Shown here piece after piece: positions 1 through 10,049 of a DNA stretch of 64,000 nucleotides. A model generated the notes under the pieces. It did no database searches and was not told where the DNA came from. It saw only the letters and a program-made list of their open reading frames with translations. Source of the DNA: Gemmatimonadota bacterium (lineage in GTDB: Bacteria; Gemmatimonadota; Gemmatimonadetes; Gemmatimonadales; GWC2-71-9). Made by a program: the position numbers and the translations under genes. Position 1 is the stretch's first letter. Each line of letters begins with the position of its first letter. The stretch is from the NCBI GenBank assembly GCA_031394255.1, contig JANMXA010000095.1, positions 1,505 through 65,504 of the forward strand, read 5' to 3'.

Positions 1-1
1 G

Positions 2-361
2 AACAAGGAACTCGAAGCCCAGACTGCGGCCTTCAACGCCATGAGGATCGGCCGGCTGTGTGAAGAGGTGGACGCCGCCGCTCGGAAGGTCGTCGTGGAT
101 GCGGGCTTCGGGCCGGACTACAAGACCCCCGGCCTGCCCCACCGCACCGGGCACGGCATGGGACTCGACGGGCATGAGTGGACCAACTTCGTCCGCGGGA
201 ACAAGACCCCGATCCAGCCCGGGATGTGTTTCAGCGACGAACCGATGATCGTCATCCCCGGCGAATTCGGCATCCGGCTCGAGGACGACGTCTACATCGG
301 GGAGGACGGCCCCCACTTCTTCTCGAAACAGAGCATCGCAATCGATCAGCCGTTCGGCTGA
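2..361 (+). CDS. Xaa-Pro aminopeptidase family (M24) peptidase, C-terminal part (5' end outside window)
   Basis: Frame open from base 2; M24 metal-binding motifs HRTGHGMGLDGHE, FSDEP, GIRLEDD. Confidence 0.92.
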   Translation, partial: NKELEAQTAAFNAMRIGRLCEEVDAAARKVVVDAGFGPDYKTPGLPHRTGHGMGLDGHEWTNFVRGNKTPIQPGMCFSDEPMIVIPGEFGIRLEDDVYIGEDGPHFFSKQSIAIDQPFG

Positions 362-367
362 TACGGT

Positions 368-1375
368 TCACTGGATCGGCGGGGTGGCCTCCGGATCGTC
401 CATGTCAGTACAGATCCCGAACCACTTCGTTACGACGTCGGCCTCATCGCGGAGCGGGACGGCTCGCCATTTGAACCGCCGAAAGATCCCGTCGTATCGA
501 CGGATCCGGAACTCGCCCTCCAAGGTCGTTCCCTCGGCGACCGCCCCATTCCATTCGACGAGGACCGCCGAACGGTCGTCCGGGTGCACCTGCCGGACCC
601 AGCCCAACCCCAACTGCTCCGCTTCCGTAAATCCGGTGTACTTCACCCACCGGGGAGCGACATGCTCCCAGGTGCCATCGGCCGCGCTCATCCAGACCAT
701 CTGCGGCAGCGCGGCAGCGATTTGGCGATAGTACGTCCAGCCGTTCCGGAGTGAATCAGCGGTCCGCATCGCCTGTTCGGCCGTCTTGCGATAGGTAATA
801 TCCGTCATCACCATCCGCCACACCGGCGTTCCCTCTTCGTCATCTCCAACCGCGGCTTGAATCCACACCCAAAATGGCCGCCCGTCCGCCTTGGCCATCC
901 GCAACTCGAATCCCTGATCATCGCCGGTTGCGGCGAGTTGCCGGGAGGCGAGATAAAACTTGTCCTGATCCTCGGGGAGAATAAAGAGACTCAACGGCTG
1001 CTTGGCCAAAGCCTCGCGGGATACACCGAGCAGCTGGGCCCCGGTGAGGTTGACTTCGAGGATGCGCCCATCCTTGCTGATCGTAAAGTAGCTCACCGGC
1101 GCCAGGTCATAGAGGTCAAAGTACCGGGCCCGGGCCAACTCCAGCGCCTCCTGGGCGCGTCGCAACTCCTCGTTCTGCAGTTCGAGTTCGATCTGATGGA
1201 CCTGCAGGGCGTGGATCGCCTCCTGCGCCGCGGCGGCGGACAGTTCACCCGAAGGTTTGGAGGCCTTTCCTTTTAAAATCTCATCGGCTCGCCGACGAAG
1301 AGCCTCCGGCGAACTCATTGGCGCCGGCCCCCTCCGCGAGCTCCCCCCCTCTACTGCGTCGTGCGAGTCAGCCAT
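368..1375 (-). CDS. PAS-PAS sensor protein with N-terminal coiled coil, no output domain (possibly truncated)
   Basis: LQVHQIELELQNEELRRAQ coil, YFDLYDLAPVSYFT PAS start, second PAS (LPQMVW...VHPDDR...KWFGICTD); GAGGGG RBS upstream of ATG 1375. Confidence 0.85.
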   Translation of the reverse strand: MADSHDAVEGGSSRRGPAPMSSPEALRRRADEILKGKASKPSGELSAAAAQEAIHALQVHQIELELQNEELRRAQEALELARARYFDLYDLAPVSYFTISKDGRILEVNLTGAQLLGVSREALAKQPLSLFILPEDQDKFYLASRQLAATGDDQGFELRMAKADGRPFWVWIQAAVGDDEEGTPVWRMVMTDITYRKTAEQAMRTADSLRNGWTYYRQIAAALPQMVWMSAADGTWEHVAPRWVKYTGFTEAEQLGLGWVRQVHPDDRSAVLVEWNGAVAEGTTLEGEFRIRRYDGIFRRFKWRAVPLRDEADVVTKWFGICTDMDDPEATPPIQ

Positions 1376-1387
1376 CCGTTGCACCCC

Positions 1388-4372
1388 TCAATTGATCACT
1401 CGTTCCGTCGTTGCAATCGCATACACCTCACCGGCCTCGTTCACCAGTGAGGTCGCGGTGAGCGAGACCTCCACCGTTCGGCCGGCCTTCGTGGCGCGGC
1501 GGGAACGGTACGGTTCGAGGACGTCCGCCCGGCTCAGGTCCCAGAGCGTGTCCAACGCGGCCGCCCGGTCTGATTCCGGGATCAGGTCGCGAACATTCAT
1601 CGTCAGCGCCTCGGACTCGCTCCAACCGTACAGCCGCACCGCTCCGGGGTTCCAGGCGAGGATCCGCCCATCTCGGTCCTGAACGGTAATAGCATCCTGA
1701 GCGTCGCGCACCATGGCCGCCAGCCGTTCGAACGTACTGGAACGAGTCAGGGCTTCCTGGGCTTGTTTCATGGCCGACACATCGGTCAGGGTGATCACCG
1801 CGCCTTCGATCATGTTCTCGAGGGTCCGATAGGGGCGGATCCGGAGCAAAAACCACCGGGCATCCTTGGCCTGGACCTCGACTTCGACCGAAACCAGGGT
1901 GTCGAGCACTTTCTGGACGTCATCGACGAGACGGTCATACCCGACCAGATTCGAGGCGAGGTGGCCGACGGAACGCCCGATGTCGGTCGGAATCAGGTTG
2001 ATCATTGGGGTGATGGAGGGAGTGAACCGCTTGATTTGCAACCCGTGACCGATGAAAATCGTCCCGACTCCGGTACCGGCGAGCAGGTTGTTCATGTCGT
2101 TGTTGGCTTGGGACAGATCGGTGACCCGGGTTTGCAATTCGATGTTGACCGTCGACAGCTCCTCATTCACCGACTGCAACTCCTCCTTCGAGGTTTCCAT
2201 CTCCTCGTTCGCGGATTGCAATTCCTCGTTCACCGACTGCATCTCCTCGTTTGAGGATTTGAGCTCTTCGTTGGAGGTCTCCAGCTCCTCATTGGAGGTC
2301 TGAAGGCTTTCCTCCTTGACCACCAGCTCTCGTTTCAGCTCCTCGATTCGGGGATCAGTCAGGTTGGCCGGGTCCGCCGCTGGCGCAGCAGCCCCTTCGC
2401 CGCCCGTCGCCGGTCGTCGCGCCCCAACCTCCTCGAGGATGACCAGATAGAACGACGATTTGCCGTCGAGTCCGGAAGGCACCGGCCGGACCGTGAGGTC
2501 GATCGTCGTAACGGAGGCGTTGGTTCTCACGGACAGCCCTGCGTGATGCTCCGACCGGCTTCCCGCAATCGCCCGCCTCAGGGCAACGCTCAGCGGATGC
2601 TTGAGGCCCTCGCGCGCCATCTTGAGGATATTGGTTTCGACCTGGCCCGAGGCGAGCTCGAGATACTGGCCGGTGCGGCCGTGAAGGTAGAGGATATTGC
2701 CAAACCCATCGATGAGCGCGCCGGCAACCGACCGGTGTTGCAGCAACGCGCGCTCGGTCAACTCGCGGAGCGGTTCGCTCGGACGGGGCCGTTTTTGGGG
2801 GGGCGGAGGCATGGCCTCGCCGCCGCCTGCCCGCCGTGTCTGGGAGAATCGTCCCCCCAGGGCCAATCGGGTATGACCATCGTCTCTGCTCTGATACAGC
2901 TTGGCTTTGCGATCGATCGTGGTGAACAGGTGCCCAAAATCCCCGACACTCTCCGAGGTGCCCAAGAACAAATACCCGCCGGGCACCAAGGCATAGTCGA
3001 ACAACGGCATCACTTTCTTCTGAAGCTCGCCACCCAGATAGATCAACACATTGCGGCAACTGACTAGATGGAGCTTGGAAAAGGGCGGATCCCGAACCAG
3101 ACTCTGTTCCGAGAACACCAGCACGTCGCGAACTCGTTTCTGGATCCGGTAGTGGCTGCCATCCGCCTCCAGCGTGAAGAATCGGTTCAGCCGGTCCGCT
3201 GTGATGTCACTCGCGATGCTCACGGGGTAAATCCCGGCCCGGGCACAATCAATCGCCCGGCGGTCGATGTCCGTGGCGAATACCTGCAACTTGATGCTTC
3301 GGTTCGAGGCTTCCAGATGCTCGATAAGCAGAATGGCGATTGAATAGGCTTCTTCCCCGGTGGAGCAGCCGGCGACCCAAACCCGCACGACGGCGCCGGC
3401 GGGCTTGTCGGCGAACAGACGCGGAATGACCGATGCCTCGAGCGCGGCAAAGGCCTCGGGGTCCCGAAAGAAACTGGTGACGCCGATGAGGAGGTCGAGA
3501 AACAGCGCCTCCACCTCAATCGGATTCTGCTGCAGGATCCGGACATAGTCCTCCTCCGCCTGGACGCGGTGGACGGCCATCCGCCGCGCGACCCGGCGCG
3601 CGATCGTGCTCGCCTTATACTGGGAAAAGTCGTGACCGGTGTGCGACCGGAGCAGGACGAACACCTTTTGCAGGATGACGCGTTTGCCTTGGAGTGACTC
3701 GACCAAAACCGAGGCGGGTCGGCTGGATTCGTGACGAAGAAAAGCCAGGATTTCTCGCGGCATCTCGGCCGGCGGGAGCACGAAATCCGTCATGCCGGTG
3801 GCAATGGCGCTGCGCGGCATGCCGTCGAAGGCGGCCGACGTCGGCTCCTGGGTCATGACCATGCCACCCTCGGCTTTGACGGCCCGGATCCCCATCGTCC
3901 CATCACTGCCGGTGCCCGAGAGTATGATCGCGATCACCCGGTCACCCTGGTCTTGAGCCAGGGACCGGAAGAAGTAGTCGATCGCCATCCGTTGCCCGCG
4001 CGCGGCCACCGGTTCGAGCAGTTGCAGGCCCCCGTTCAAGGCGGCCAGGTCATAATTGGGGGGGATCACATAGACACAGTTTGGGCGGATGACCACGCCG
4101 TCCGTCACCTCGAACACCGAAAGCCAGGTAACCCGCTTGATCAAGTCGGCGAGAACACTCGGATGATCGGGCGAAAGGTGTTGCACTACGACAAACGCGG
4201 CGGCCATATCCGGCTCAGCCTGCCAAGCGCCGAAGAATTCTTCGAAGGCCGCGAGTCCGCCGGCCGAGGCACCGAGGGTAACGATGGGAAAGCGGGCGTC
4301 TGAGGGGGCCTCCGGACTCGGCCCATCTTCCTGGGGCACCGTCGGTGGAGCGACCGGGCGTGGTTTCTTCAT
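1388..4372 (-). CDS. cheBR: CheB methylesterase-CheR methyltransferase fusion with coiled coil and PAS domains (MAC1-type)
   Basis: CheB triad motifs LGASAGG, VVQHLSP, SGTGSDG; CheR motifs WVAGCSTGEEAYS, FATDID, SCRNVLIY; NEEL heptads; C-terminal PAS domains. Confidence 0.95.
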   Translation of the reverse strand: MKKPRPVAPPTVPQEDGPSPEAPSDARFPIVTLGASAGGLAAFEEFFGAWQAEPDMAAAFVVVQHLSPDHPSVLADLIKRVTWLSVFEVTDGVVIRPNCVYVIPPNYDLAALNGGLQLLEPVAARGQRMAIDYFFRSLAQDQGDRVIAIILSGTGSDGTMGIRAVKAEGGMVMTQEPTSAAFDGMPRSAIATGMTDFVLPPAEMPREILAFLRHESSRPASVLVESLQGKRVILQKVFVLLRSHTGHDFSQYKASTIARRVARRMAVHRVQAEEDYVRILQQNPIEVEALFLDLLIGVTSFFRDPEAFAALEASVIPRLFADKPAGAVVRVWVAGCSTGEEAYSIAILLIEHLEASNRSIKLQVFATDIDRRAIDCARAGIYPVSIASDITADRLNRFFTLEADGSHYRIQKRVRDVLVFSEQSLVRDPPFSKLHLVSCRNVLIYLGGELQKKVMPLFDYALVPGGYLFLGTSESVGDFGHLFTTIDRKAKLYQSRDDGHTRLALGGRFSQTRRAGGGEAMPPPPQKRPRPSEPLRELTERALLQHRSVAGALIDGFGNILYLHGRTGQYLELASGQVETNILKMAREGLKHPLSVALRRAIAGSRSEHHAGLSVRTNASVTTIDLTVRPVPSGLDGKSSFYLVILEEVGARRPATGGEGAAAPAADPANLTDPRIEELKRELVVKEESLQTSNEELETSNEELKSSNEEMQSVNEELQSANEEMETSKEELQSVNEELSTVNIELQTRVTDLSQANNDMNNLLAGTGVGTIFIGHGLQIKRFTPSITPMINLIPTDIGRSVGHLASNLVGYDRLVDDVQKVLDTLVSVEVEVQAKDARWFLLRIRPYRTLENMIEGAVITLTDVSAMKQAQEALTRSSTFERLAAMVRDAQDAITVQDRDGRILAWNPGAVRLYGWSESEALTMNVRDLIPESDRAAALDTLWDLSRADVLEPYRSRRATKAGRTVEVSLTATSLVNEAGEVYAIATTERVIN
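2159..2305. repeat. Seven imperfect 21-bp tandem repeats encoding (S/V/A)NEE(L/M) heptads of the coiled coil
   Basis: Units such as ctcctcattcaccgactgcaa / ctcctcgttcgcggattgcaa / ttcctcgttcaccgactgcat recur with 21-nt period inside the CDS. Confidence 0.8.
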
Positions 4373-4472
4373 CGCGGGCGACCTGTCAAGCGCTGAGGGA
4401 AGGAAGGGGCAGACTCCCCCCGCCTTGGGTGCAAGATAGCCACCCCAGGACTCCGGCGGACGGCCTCCCCGA

Positions 4473-4931
4473 TCAGGGTAGAATCTTCAGGCTGAAGTTG
4501 TCCCCCGGCCGCGGGTCGGGAGAATCGCTCGACACGAACGCCGCCACCGCCTTCGGGATGGTGGGCAGCGGGACGGAGGAGGCAAAGACGAGGTGCCGTC
4601 GCTCGTTGACGACGAACGTTCCGAGGTTGCAGCTGATCCGGCCGCGAACCGGGCTCCCTTTGACATCGGTCACCGCGACGCACTCGGGAGGCATCCGAAG
4701 GACGGTACTGCCGGGAGGCAGCAGCAACTCCAGGTGGACGCCGTCCGAGGGGTCGTCCATGCCGGCGTACACGACGACGTGGCTGACCATCGCTCCCGCC
4801 TCGATCTGGACCGTGAGGGCCTGAATCCCGATATCCGACTGTCGCAGGCGCTGCTGACGGTTCCCGCCTCGAACATCGGCTGACAGGAGGCCGGTTCCGA
4901 CAATCGCCAGCAGGGTGGCTCGCCCGATCAT
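4473..4931 (-). CDS. Small secreted DUF11-like Ig-fold protein
   Basis: Signal-like N-terminus MIGRATLLAIVGTGLL; LLPPG, two Cys (PPEC, ISCNLGT) and C-terminal DPRPGDN resembling the DUF11 DPxxxNN motif. Confidence 0.6.
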   Translation of the reverse strand: MIGRATLLAIVGTGLLSADVRGGNRQQRLRQSDIGIQALTVQIEAGAMVSHVVVYAGMDDPSDGVHLELLLPPGSTVLRMPPECVAVTDVKGSPVRGRISCNLGTFVVNERRHLVFASSVPLPTIPKAVAAFVSSDSPDPRPGDNFSLKILP

Positions 4932-5055
4932 ATCAAGGCTCCGGTGGTTGTGGTAACTTGCAACGAATCGTGTTTCCCGATCCGCACGGCCAGGATAGCG
5001 CGGCGAGGTCACCTCGATCTCAATCGCACGTCACGCCACGATCATAGGACCCAAC

Positions 5056-7608
5056 GTGTTACGGCTTCACACCTTCGGCGGGCTCTGGATGGACGCCTCC
5101 GATCCGGGCAGCCCGCTCGGCGTCGGCCCGCGCCGCCGCCTGGCGTTGCTGGCCATCCTGGCCGCCGGTGGTCCGCGGGGTGTGAGCCGGGATCGATTGC
5201 TCCTGCTCCTCTGGCCCGACAGCACCGAGGCCAACGCTCGGCACGCCCTGTCCCAATTGCTCTACACGTTGCGTCGCGATGCGGGCGCCGACGTGGCGAC
5301 CGGCGCCACGGAACTGAGGCTCGATCCCGCGCTGATCAGCTCCGACGTCGCCGATTTCGACGCGGCCCTCGCCGCCGGTCGACCGGACGAGGCGGCGGCC
5401 CTCTATCGGGGGCCGTTCCTGGACGGCTTCTATCTCGAAAACGGCGAGGAGTTCGAACGGTGGGCCGCCGAAATGCGGGCCGATGCCGGCCGACGGGCGG
5501 TCGGGGCGATCTCCCAGGCCGTCCGGCTGGCCGAGCAGCGGGGAGACCGGGCCGGGCTGGTCGAGCTCACCCGACGACTGACCCAGCTGGAGCCGCTCAG
5601 CGCCCCCCACGCCTTGGGGTACATGCAGGCTCTCGCCGATGGCGGGGACCGGAGCTCGGCGATCAAGTTCGCCCGCGACTACGAGGCAATGGTCAGGAGT
5701 GAGCTCAAGACACCGGCGGAGCCGAGCATCCGGGCGCTGGCGCAGCGACTGGCCGCTGGGCTCCACGAGTCGCCGCCCACGGGGACCGCCGCCGAGCTGT
5801 CGGTTGCCGAGGTACCGGGGGGGGCGGCTGCGGGCCCGGCCGTCTCGGAGGCCGTGAGGATCGCGCCCGCAATACCCGCATTACCCGCCCGCCAACCTCG
5901 CCCCGTCTCTCGGGCAATGCCCTTGGTTCTCCTGGCAGGCGCGGCAGTGGTCGCCATCGCATGGGGGCTGCTGCGTTCCCGGTCGCCCAAGCTCTCGAAT
6001 GACATCGTCGCGGTCGCGTCGTTCGAGAACCGGAGCGGCGATCCGGCCCTCGATGTCGTCGGCCAGATGGCCGCCGACTGGATCAGCCACGGGATCAGCG
6101 AGACCCAGGTCGCGCGGGTGGTCGACCCGAACAGCGCCCTGATCGCCCGCGCGGCGCCGCTACCGGGACGGGAAGCCACCCACGACGCGGTTCGGGCTCG
6201 GGCGTTCGGTGAAGGGTTGGGCGCCGGTACGGTCGTCTGGGGCTCGTTCTACCGCAAGGGAGACAGCCTGACGTTCATCGTCCGGCTCAGCCGTACGGCT
6301 GACGGAGAGGTGCTCGCCGCCATCGAACCGGTCTCCGGATCGACGCAGAATCCCCTGACGGCGATTACCGTGGTCCGGCAGTTGGTGCTGGGCGCGCTGC
6401 TCGCCCGCAACAACCAGGGGAAGGGTGACCTCCCATTTCTCAGGCGCCCTCCTGCCTATGATGCCTACGTGGCGTTTCTCCAGGGCCTCGAGTTCGTCAC
6501 CAGCTATGACACCGACCGGGCCATCGAGCGTTTCCGGCAGGCGGCCGTGCTCGACACCACGTTCTTCGCTCCCAAACTCTGGATGGTGGAAGCGTACGAA
6601 GCGGCCGAACGCATGCGGGCGGCCGACTCCGTGCTCGATCTGCTCGAACCACACCGTAACGAGTTCACCCGCTACGAAAAGGCCTTCTTCGACGACTATC
6701 GGGCCACGTTGAGCGGCGATCTCGGGGCGGCCCTCGAAACCTCGCGGGAGATGAGTCGAATGGCCCCGGGGCCGCTGTCCTTTCTGCTCCTCGGGCAGGA
6801 CGCTCTCGCCGTCAACCGCCCGCGCGAGGCGCTCGCGGCGTTCGCGCGAATCAACCTGGGCCAGTCCTTCTTCCAGGGGTGGGACGCATACTGGTCCTGG
6901 GCGCTCCAGGGTCATCACATCCTGGGGGAAAACCGCGAGGCGCTGGCGATTGCCCAGGAGGGCCGGCGGGCAATGCCTGACGCCCCGGCACCCATGCTGG
7001 CCGAGGCCAAAGCTCTCGCGGCGCTGGGCCGGGTCGGCGAGGCCGGGGCCGCGATCGAACGGGCTCGAGCGCAGCCCGAATCCGACTTCACGCCCTACCT
7101 CTTGTTCTACGTGGAGGTGTGCCGCGAACTCTCGGCCCGGGGAGATTCCGCGGCGGCAGCCGAGGTCGGTGCGGTCGGGTCGGCGCTCCCGGCCTCGGAC
7201 AGCCTGAGGCCAGCGCACCGCCGGGCCCGAAGCGGATGCCTGGCATGCGCCGGCCGGTGGGCCGAACTGCAGGCAATGGCCCGCCGCCTCCACGACGGTG
7301 ACCCGCGCGATTGGCACTGGCTGGCGATCGCCGGGGTCGCCGCCGCTCATCTGGCCGATCGGGCCGAGGCGGAGCGGGTCGACCGGGTGCTTGCCTCCGT
7401 CACCGAGCGCTACAGCTTCGGCGCGCCCGACTTCTACCGAGCCCGGATCGCGGCGGCACTGGGCCAGAGCGACCGGGCCGTGGGGTTGCTCCGCCAGGCC
7501 TTCGCGAGGGGCTTGAGTTATCTGACTGCCATCGAGGACCACGCGCCGGAGTTCAGGTCGCTCGAGGCCCGCCGCGACTATCAGGAACTGATGCAGCCGA
7601 AGGGCTGA
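5056..7608 (+). CDS. SARP/BTAD-family transcriptional regulator with TM helix, TolB-N/FlgO-like domain and TPR repeats
   Basis: LRLHTFGGL..RRLALLAILA..SRDRLLLLLWPD..LSQLLYTLR, LYRGPFLDGF; TM LVLLAGAAVVAIAWGLL; VAVASFENRSGD; Ala-rich TPRs. Confidence 0.88.
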   Translation: MLRLHTFGGLWMDASDPGSPLGVGPRRRLALLAILAAGGPRGVSRDRLLLLLWPDSTEANARHALSQLLYTLRRDAGADVATGATELRLDPALISSDVADFDAALAAGRPDEAAALYRGPFLDGFYLENGEEFERWAAEMRADAGRRAVGAISQAVRLAEQRGDRAGLVELTRRLTQLEPLSAPHALGYMQALADGGDRSSAIKFARDYEAMVRSELKTPAEPSIRALAQRLAAGLHESPPTGTAAELSVAEVPGGAAAGPAVSEAVRIAPAIPALPARQPRPVSRAMPLVLLAGAAVVAIAWGLLRSRSPKLSNDIVAVASFENRSGDPALDVVGQMAADWISHGISETQVARVVDPNSALIARAAPLPGREATHDAVRARAFGEGLGAGTVVWGSFYRKGDSLTFIVRLSRTADGEVLAAIEPVSGSTQNPLTAITVVRQLVLGALLARNNQGKGDLPFLRRPPAYDAYVAFLQGLEFVTSYDTDRAIERFRQAAVLDTTFFAPKLWMVEAYEAAERMRAADSVLDLLEPHRNEFTRYEKAFFDDYRATLSGDLGAALETSREMSRMAPGPLSFLLLGQDALAVNRPREALAAFARINLGQSFFQGWDAYWSWALQGHHILGENREALAIAQEGRRAMPDAPAPMLAEAKALAALGRVGEAGAAIERARAQPESDFTPYLLFYVEVCRELSARGDSAAAAEVGAVGSALPASDSLRPAHRRARSGCLACAGRWAELQAMARRLHDGDPRDWHWLAIAGVAAAHLADRAEAERVDRVLASVTERYSFGAPDFYRARIAAALGQSDRAVGLLRQAFARGLSYLTAIEDHAPEFRSLEARRDYQELMQPKG

Positions 7609-7621
7609 CGGGTTCCGCGCA

Positions 7622-8251
7622 CTATCTCGGCGACGCCGACTTTGACGCGACACCGAACGGCACGCCGAATCCGAACTTGAGCTGGATGTCCTTCTGCTTG
7701 AGCTTGTTGGTGTTCAACGTGGTGCCAATGTAGTCCGCGTTGTATGGGTAATACTCGGCCCCGACGCTGAGACCGATCCCACCGAGTCGAATCCCCGCGC
7801 CTGCTCCGGCGACCGGGCTGATGTACCGCGATTTGGTCGCCGCGGCAAAGGCGGCGCCGCCCCGGTTGATGACCCCGACCCCGCCGCTCACGTACAGGGT
7901 AAACGGACTGCTGAGCGGCAGCAGGAAGACCAGGAGCTGGGCGGCTCCGGTGAAGATCTTGGCGTCCCGTGACTGAAGGCCGTTGCCCCCCGAGCCGAGC
8001 GTGTAGGTGGTCGGGACGTAGGTGCCGCTGACCTGAAACCCGAGATGCTGGCCGAAGGTGGCGCCGATCCTGCCCCCGAAGGAGATGCCGCCTTCAAGTG
8101 AATCCACGGCGCCCGGGGTTCCGCTGACGACGCTCTGGAGCTTTTCGGTCGGGATGTACAGACCGATCTGGGGCGCGAAGATGACCCTGGTCTGGGCCTG
8201 GGCCGGCAGGGCGACCACGAGGGCTGCGAACGCAAGTCGGAAGGGACGCAT
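7622..8251 (-). CDS. Outer-membrane beta-barrel protein
   Basis: Signal peptide ending AQA-Q; Gly/aromatic-rich alternating strands; near C-terminal FGFGVPF. Confidence 0.72.
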   Translation of the reverse strand: MRPFRLAFAALVVALPAQAQTRVIFAPQIGLYIPTEKLQSVVSGTPGAVDSLEGGISFGGRIGATFGQHLGFQVSGTYVPTTYTLGSGGNGLQSRDAKIFTGAAQLLVFLLPLSSPFTLYVSGGVGVINRGGAAFAAATKSRYISPVAGAGAGIRLGGIGLSVGAEYYPYNADYIGTTLNTNKLKQKDIQLKFGFGVPFGVASKSASPR

Positions 8252-8449
8252 CGGGAAGCTCCGATCGAGAGAATGGCGCGGTCCGGGTGAGTTCCGCGCC
8301 GTTATTGGGACATTGCAAAGATACGCCACACCATCATTCCGGCCTCATCTGGCGATCATCCCGCTGACCGGTTCCTAAATCATTGTTCCGTCGTGGCTTA
8401 GTCAGCCGCCCCCCGCTGTCATCGTCACGGTCGGGCCGGGTACGGCCAC

Positions 8450-9979
8450 TCAAGGCGAACCGGTTGCCGCGGGTTCGACGCGCGCGGAGTAGCCGTCCCC
8501 AACGATCAGCCGCGTCACCTTCCCGTTCTCCTCCACGAATCGCACCACCTCTCCCACGTCACCGCCGCCCGATTTCGCCAGGTAGCGGAACCGCCCGCCG
8601 CCGAGCGGCTCGAGCGTGACGGGGTCGTCGAGGTTGGGTTCGGTAGGGTCGATGAGCACGAGTCTATCCTTGAGGGCGACCACCTGCTGGTCCCCCCAGG
8701 CGCCACGATAGAGCCCGGCGAATCGCGCCCACGCCGGGTCCCACGCCACCACCGTCGGCTTCGGGGCCGCCGCCTTCGCCACCGCCGCTCCCACCGTGGC
8801 CATCAGCTGCCCGGCGATCGCGCTCGGATCCGAATCGTTGGTGTTCGTCAGGACGATGACCCCGACCTTGTCGTCGAGCTGGATCAGGGTTTGGGTCGTG
8901 TTGCCGAGGTAACCGCCACCGTGTCCGACGTAGGTGCGGTCCTTGATGCGGCTGATCCAGAAGCCGACGCCCGTCCCATAGGTCCAGTCTTCCTCCACCG
9001 AGCGGACCCGGTGCATCAGCCGGAGCGACGACGTGCTGAGGACCTGCGATCCTCCCGTCTTGCCGGCACGGAACTGCGCCGAGACGAACCTCGCCATGTC
9101 CTCCACGTTCGAGGAGACTCCCGTGGCCGCCGCCATCCCGCGGGCGTCGATGAAGGGAATCACCGCCCGCGTCCCGTCGGGCATGCGGCGCCCGTAGCCG
9201 ACGGTCAGCGCGGGGACGTCCTTGTCCACGCTCGACGCCGCCATGCCTAACGGGTCGAAGATGTGGCGTTGAACGTAGTCGCTCCACCGCTCGCCGCTCA
9301 CCGCCTCGACCAGCATCCCGGCGATCGTATAGGCCAGATTCGAGTACTTCCAGCGGGTCGCCGGCGGCAGGGCGGCCTGCCGGTCGGCCATCAGCCGCTT
9401 GAGCTCCTCGCCGGTGGGGAACTGGTTCGACGACCAGTGATCTCCCGCTTCGCGCGGGAGCCCGGAGGAGTGGGTGAGCAGCTCCTCGATCGTGACCTCG
9501 CCGTCGTCGTCTCCCGCCGGCTTGAGAGTGAACCAGGGGAGGTATTTCACGACCGGATCGTCGAGGCGGAGCTTGCCTTGCTCGCGCAGCTGCATGATCG
9601 CCGTCGCCGTGAACAGCTTGCTGTGCGACGCCATCCGGAAGAGCGTGCTCGCCGACATCGGGCGCCTCGCCTTCAGGTCGGCGAAGCCGAACCCCTTCGC
9701 CCAGACGAGTTGCTGGTCGCTCACCACGCCCACGGCGATTCCCGGCAACCCCCGATAGGCGATTTGTCCCTCCAACCACGCCGAAAACAGCCGTTCGGCG
9801 CCGAGGACGGCGGGATCGGTCGCGACGCTCGATGACGGTCCGGGTCCCTGCGGCACCGGTGCCTGCGCCGCAAGCGGCCGGCTGCCAAACGGGCGACCCG
9901 CGAGGGGTGCCGAGACGAGAGCCATCGCCGAACCGACGACGACGGCGAAGCAACGGGTGATTCGCAGGAGACGATGCAT
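8450..9979 (-). CDS. Serine hydrolase, beta-lactamase class C/PBP-like (S12) family, with C-terminal accessory domain
   Basis: FRMASHSK (SxxK), KYSN (YxN), LLTHSSG, GHGGG; signal peptide. Confidence 0.92.
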   Translation of the reverse strand: MHRLLRITRCFAVVVGSAMALVSAPLAGRPFGSRPLAAQAPVPQGPGPSSSVATDPAVLGAERLFSAWLEGQIAYRGLPGIAVGVVSDQQLVWAKGFGFADLKARRPMSASTLFRMASHSKLFTATAIMQLREQGKLRLDDPVVKYLPWFTLKPAGDDDGEVTIEELLTHSSGLPREAGDHWSSNQFPTGEELKRLMADRQAALPPATRWKYSNLAYTIAGMLVEAVSGERWSDYVQRHIFDPLGMAASSVDKDVPALTVGYGRRMPDGTRAVIPFIDARGMAAATGVSSNVEDMARFVSAQFRAGKTGGSQVLSTSSLRLMHRVRSVEEDWTYGTGVGFWISRIKDRTYVGHGGGYLGNTTQTLIQLDDKVGVIVLTNTNDSDPSAIAGQLMATVGAAVAKAAAPKPTVVAWDPAWARFAGLYRGAWGDQQVVALKDRLVLIDPTEPNLDDPVTLEPLGGGRFRYLAKSGGGDVGEVVRFVEENGKVTRLIVGDGYSARVEPAATGSP

Positions 9980-10049
9980 GGTACCTCTGGTGGTAGGATC
10001 GCCAAGCGTCGCACGGGAAGGAAGTTGCTTCGGCTCTCCCAACCTACGG

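Noticed and set aside
2159-2305. 21-bp periodic repeat as CRISPR or VNTR
   Set aside because: No spacers; fully explained by in-frame coiled-coil heptads.
8450-9979. AmpC resistance gene or NylB partner of the NylC-like enzyme
   Set aside because: Only generic S12-family motifs are visible; nothing supports either specific function.
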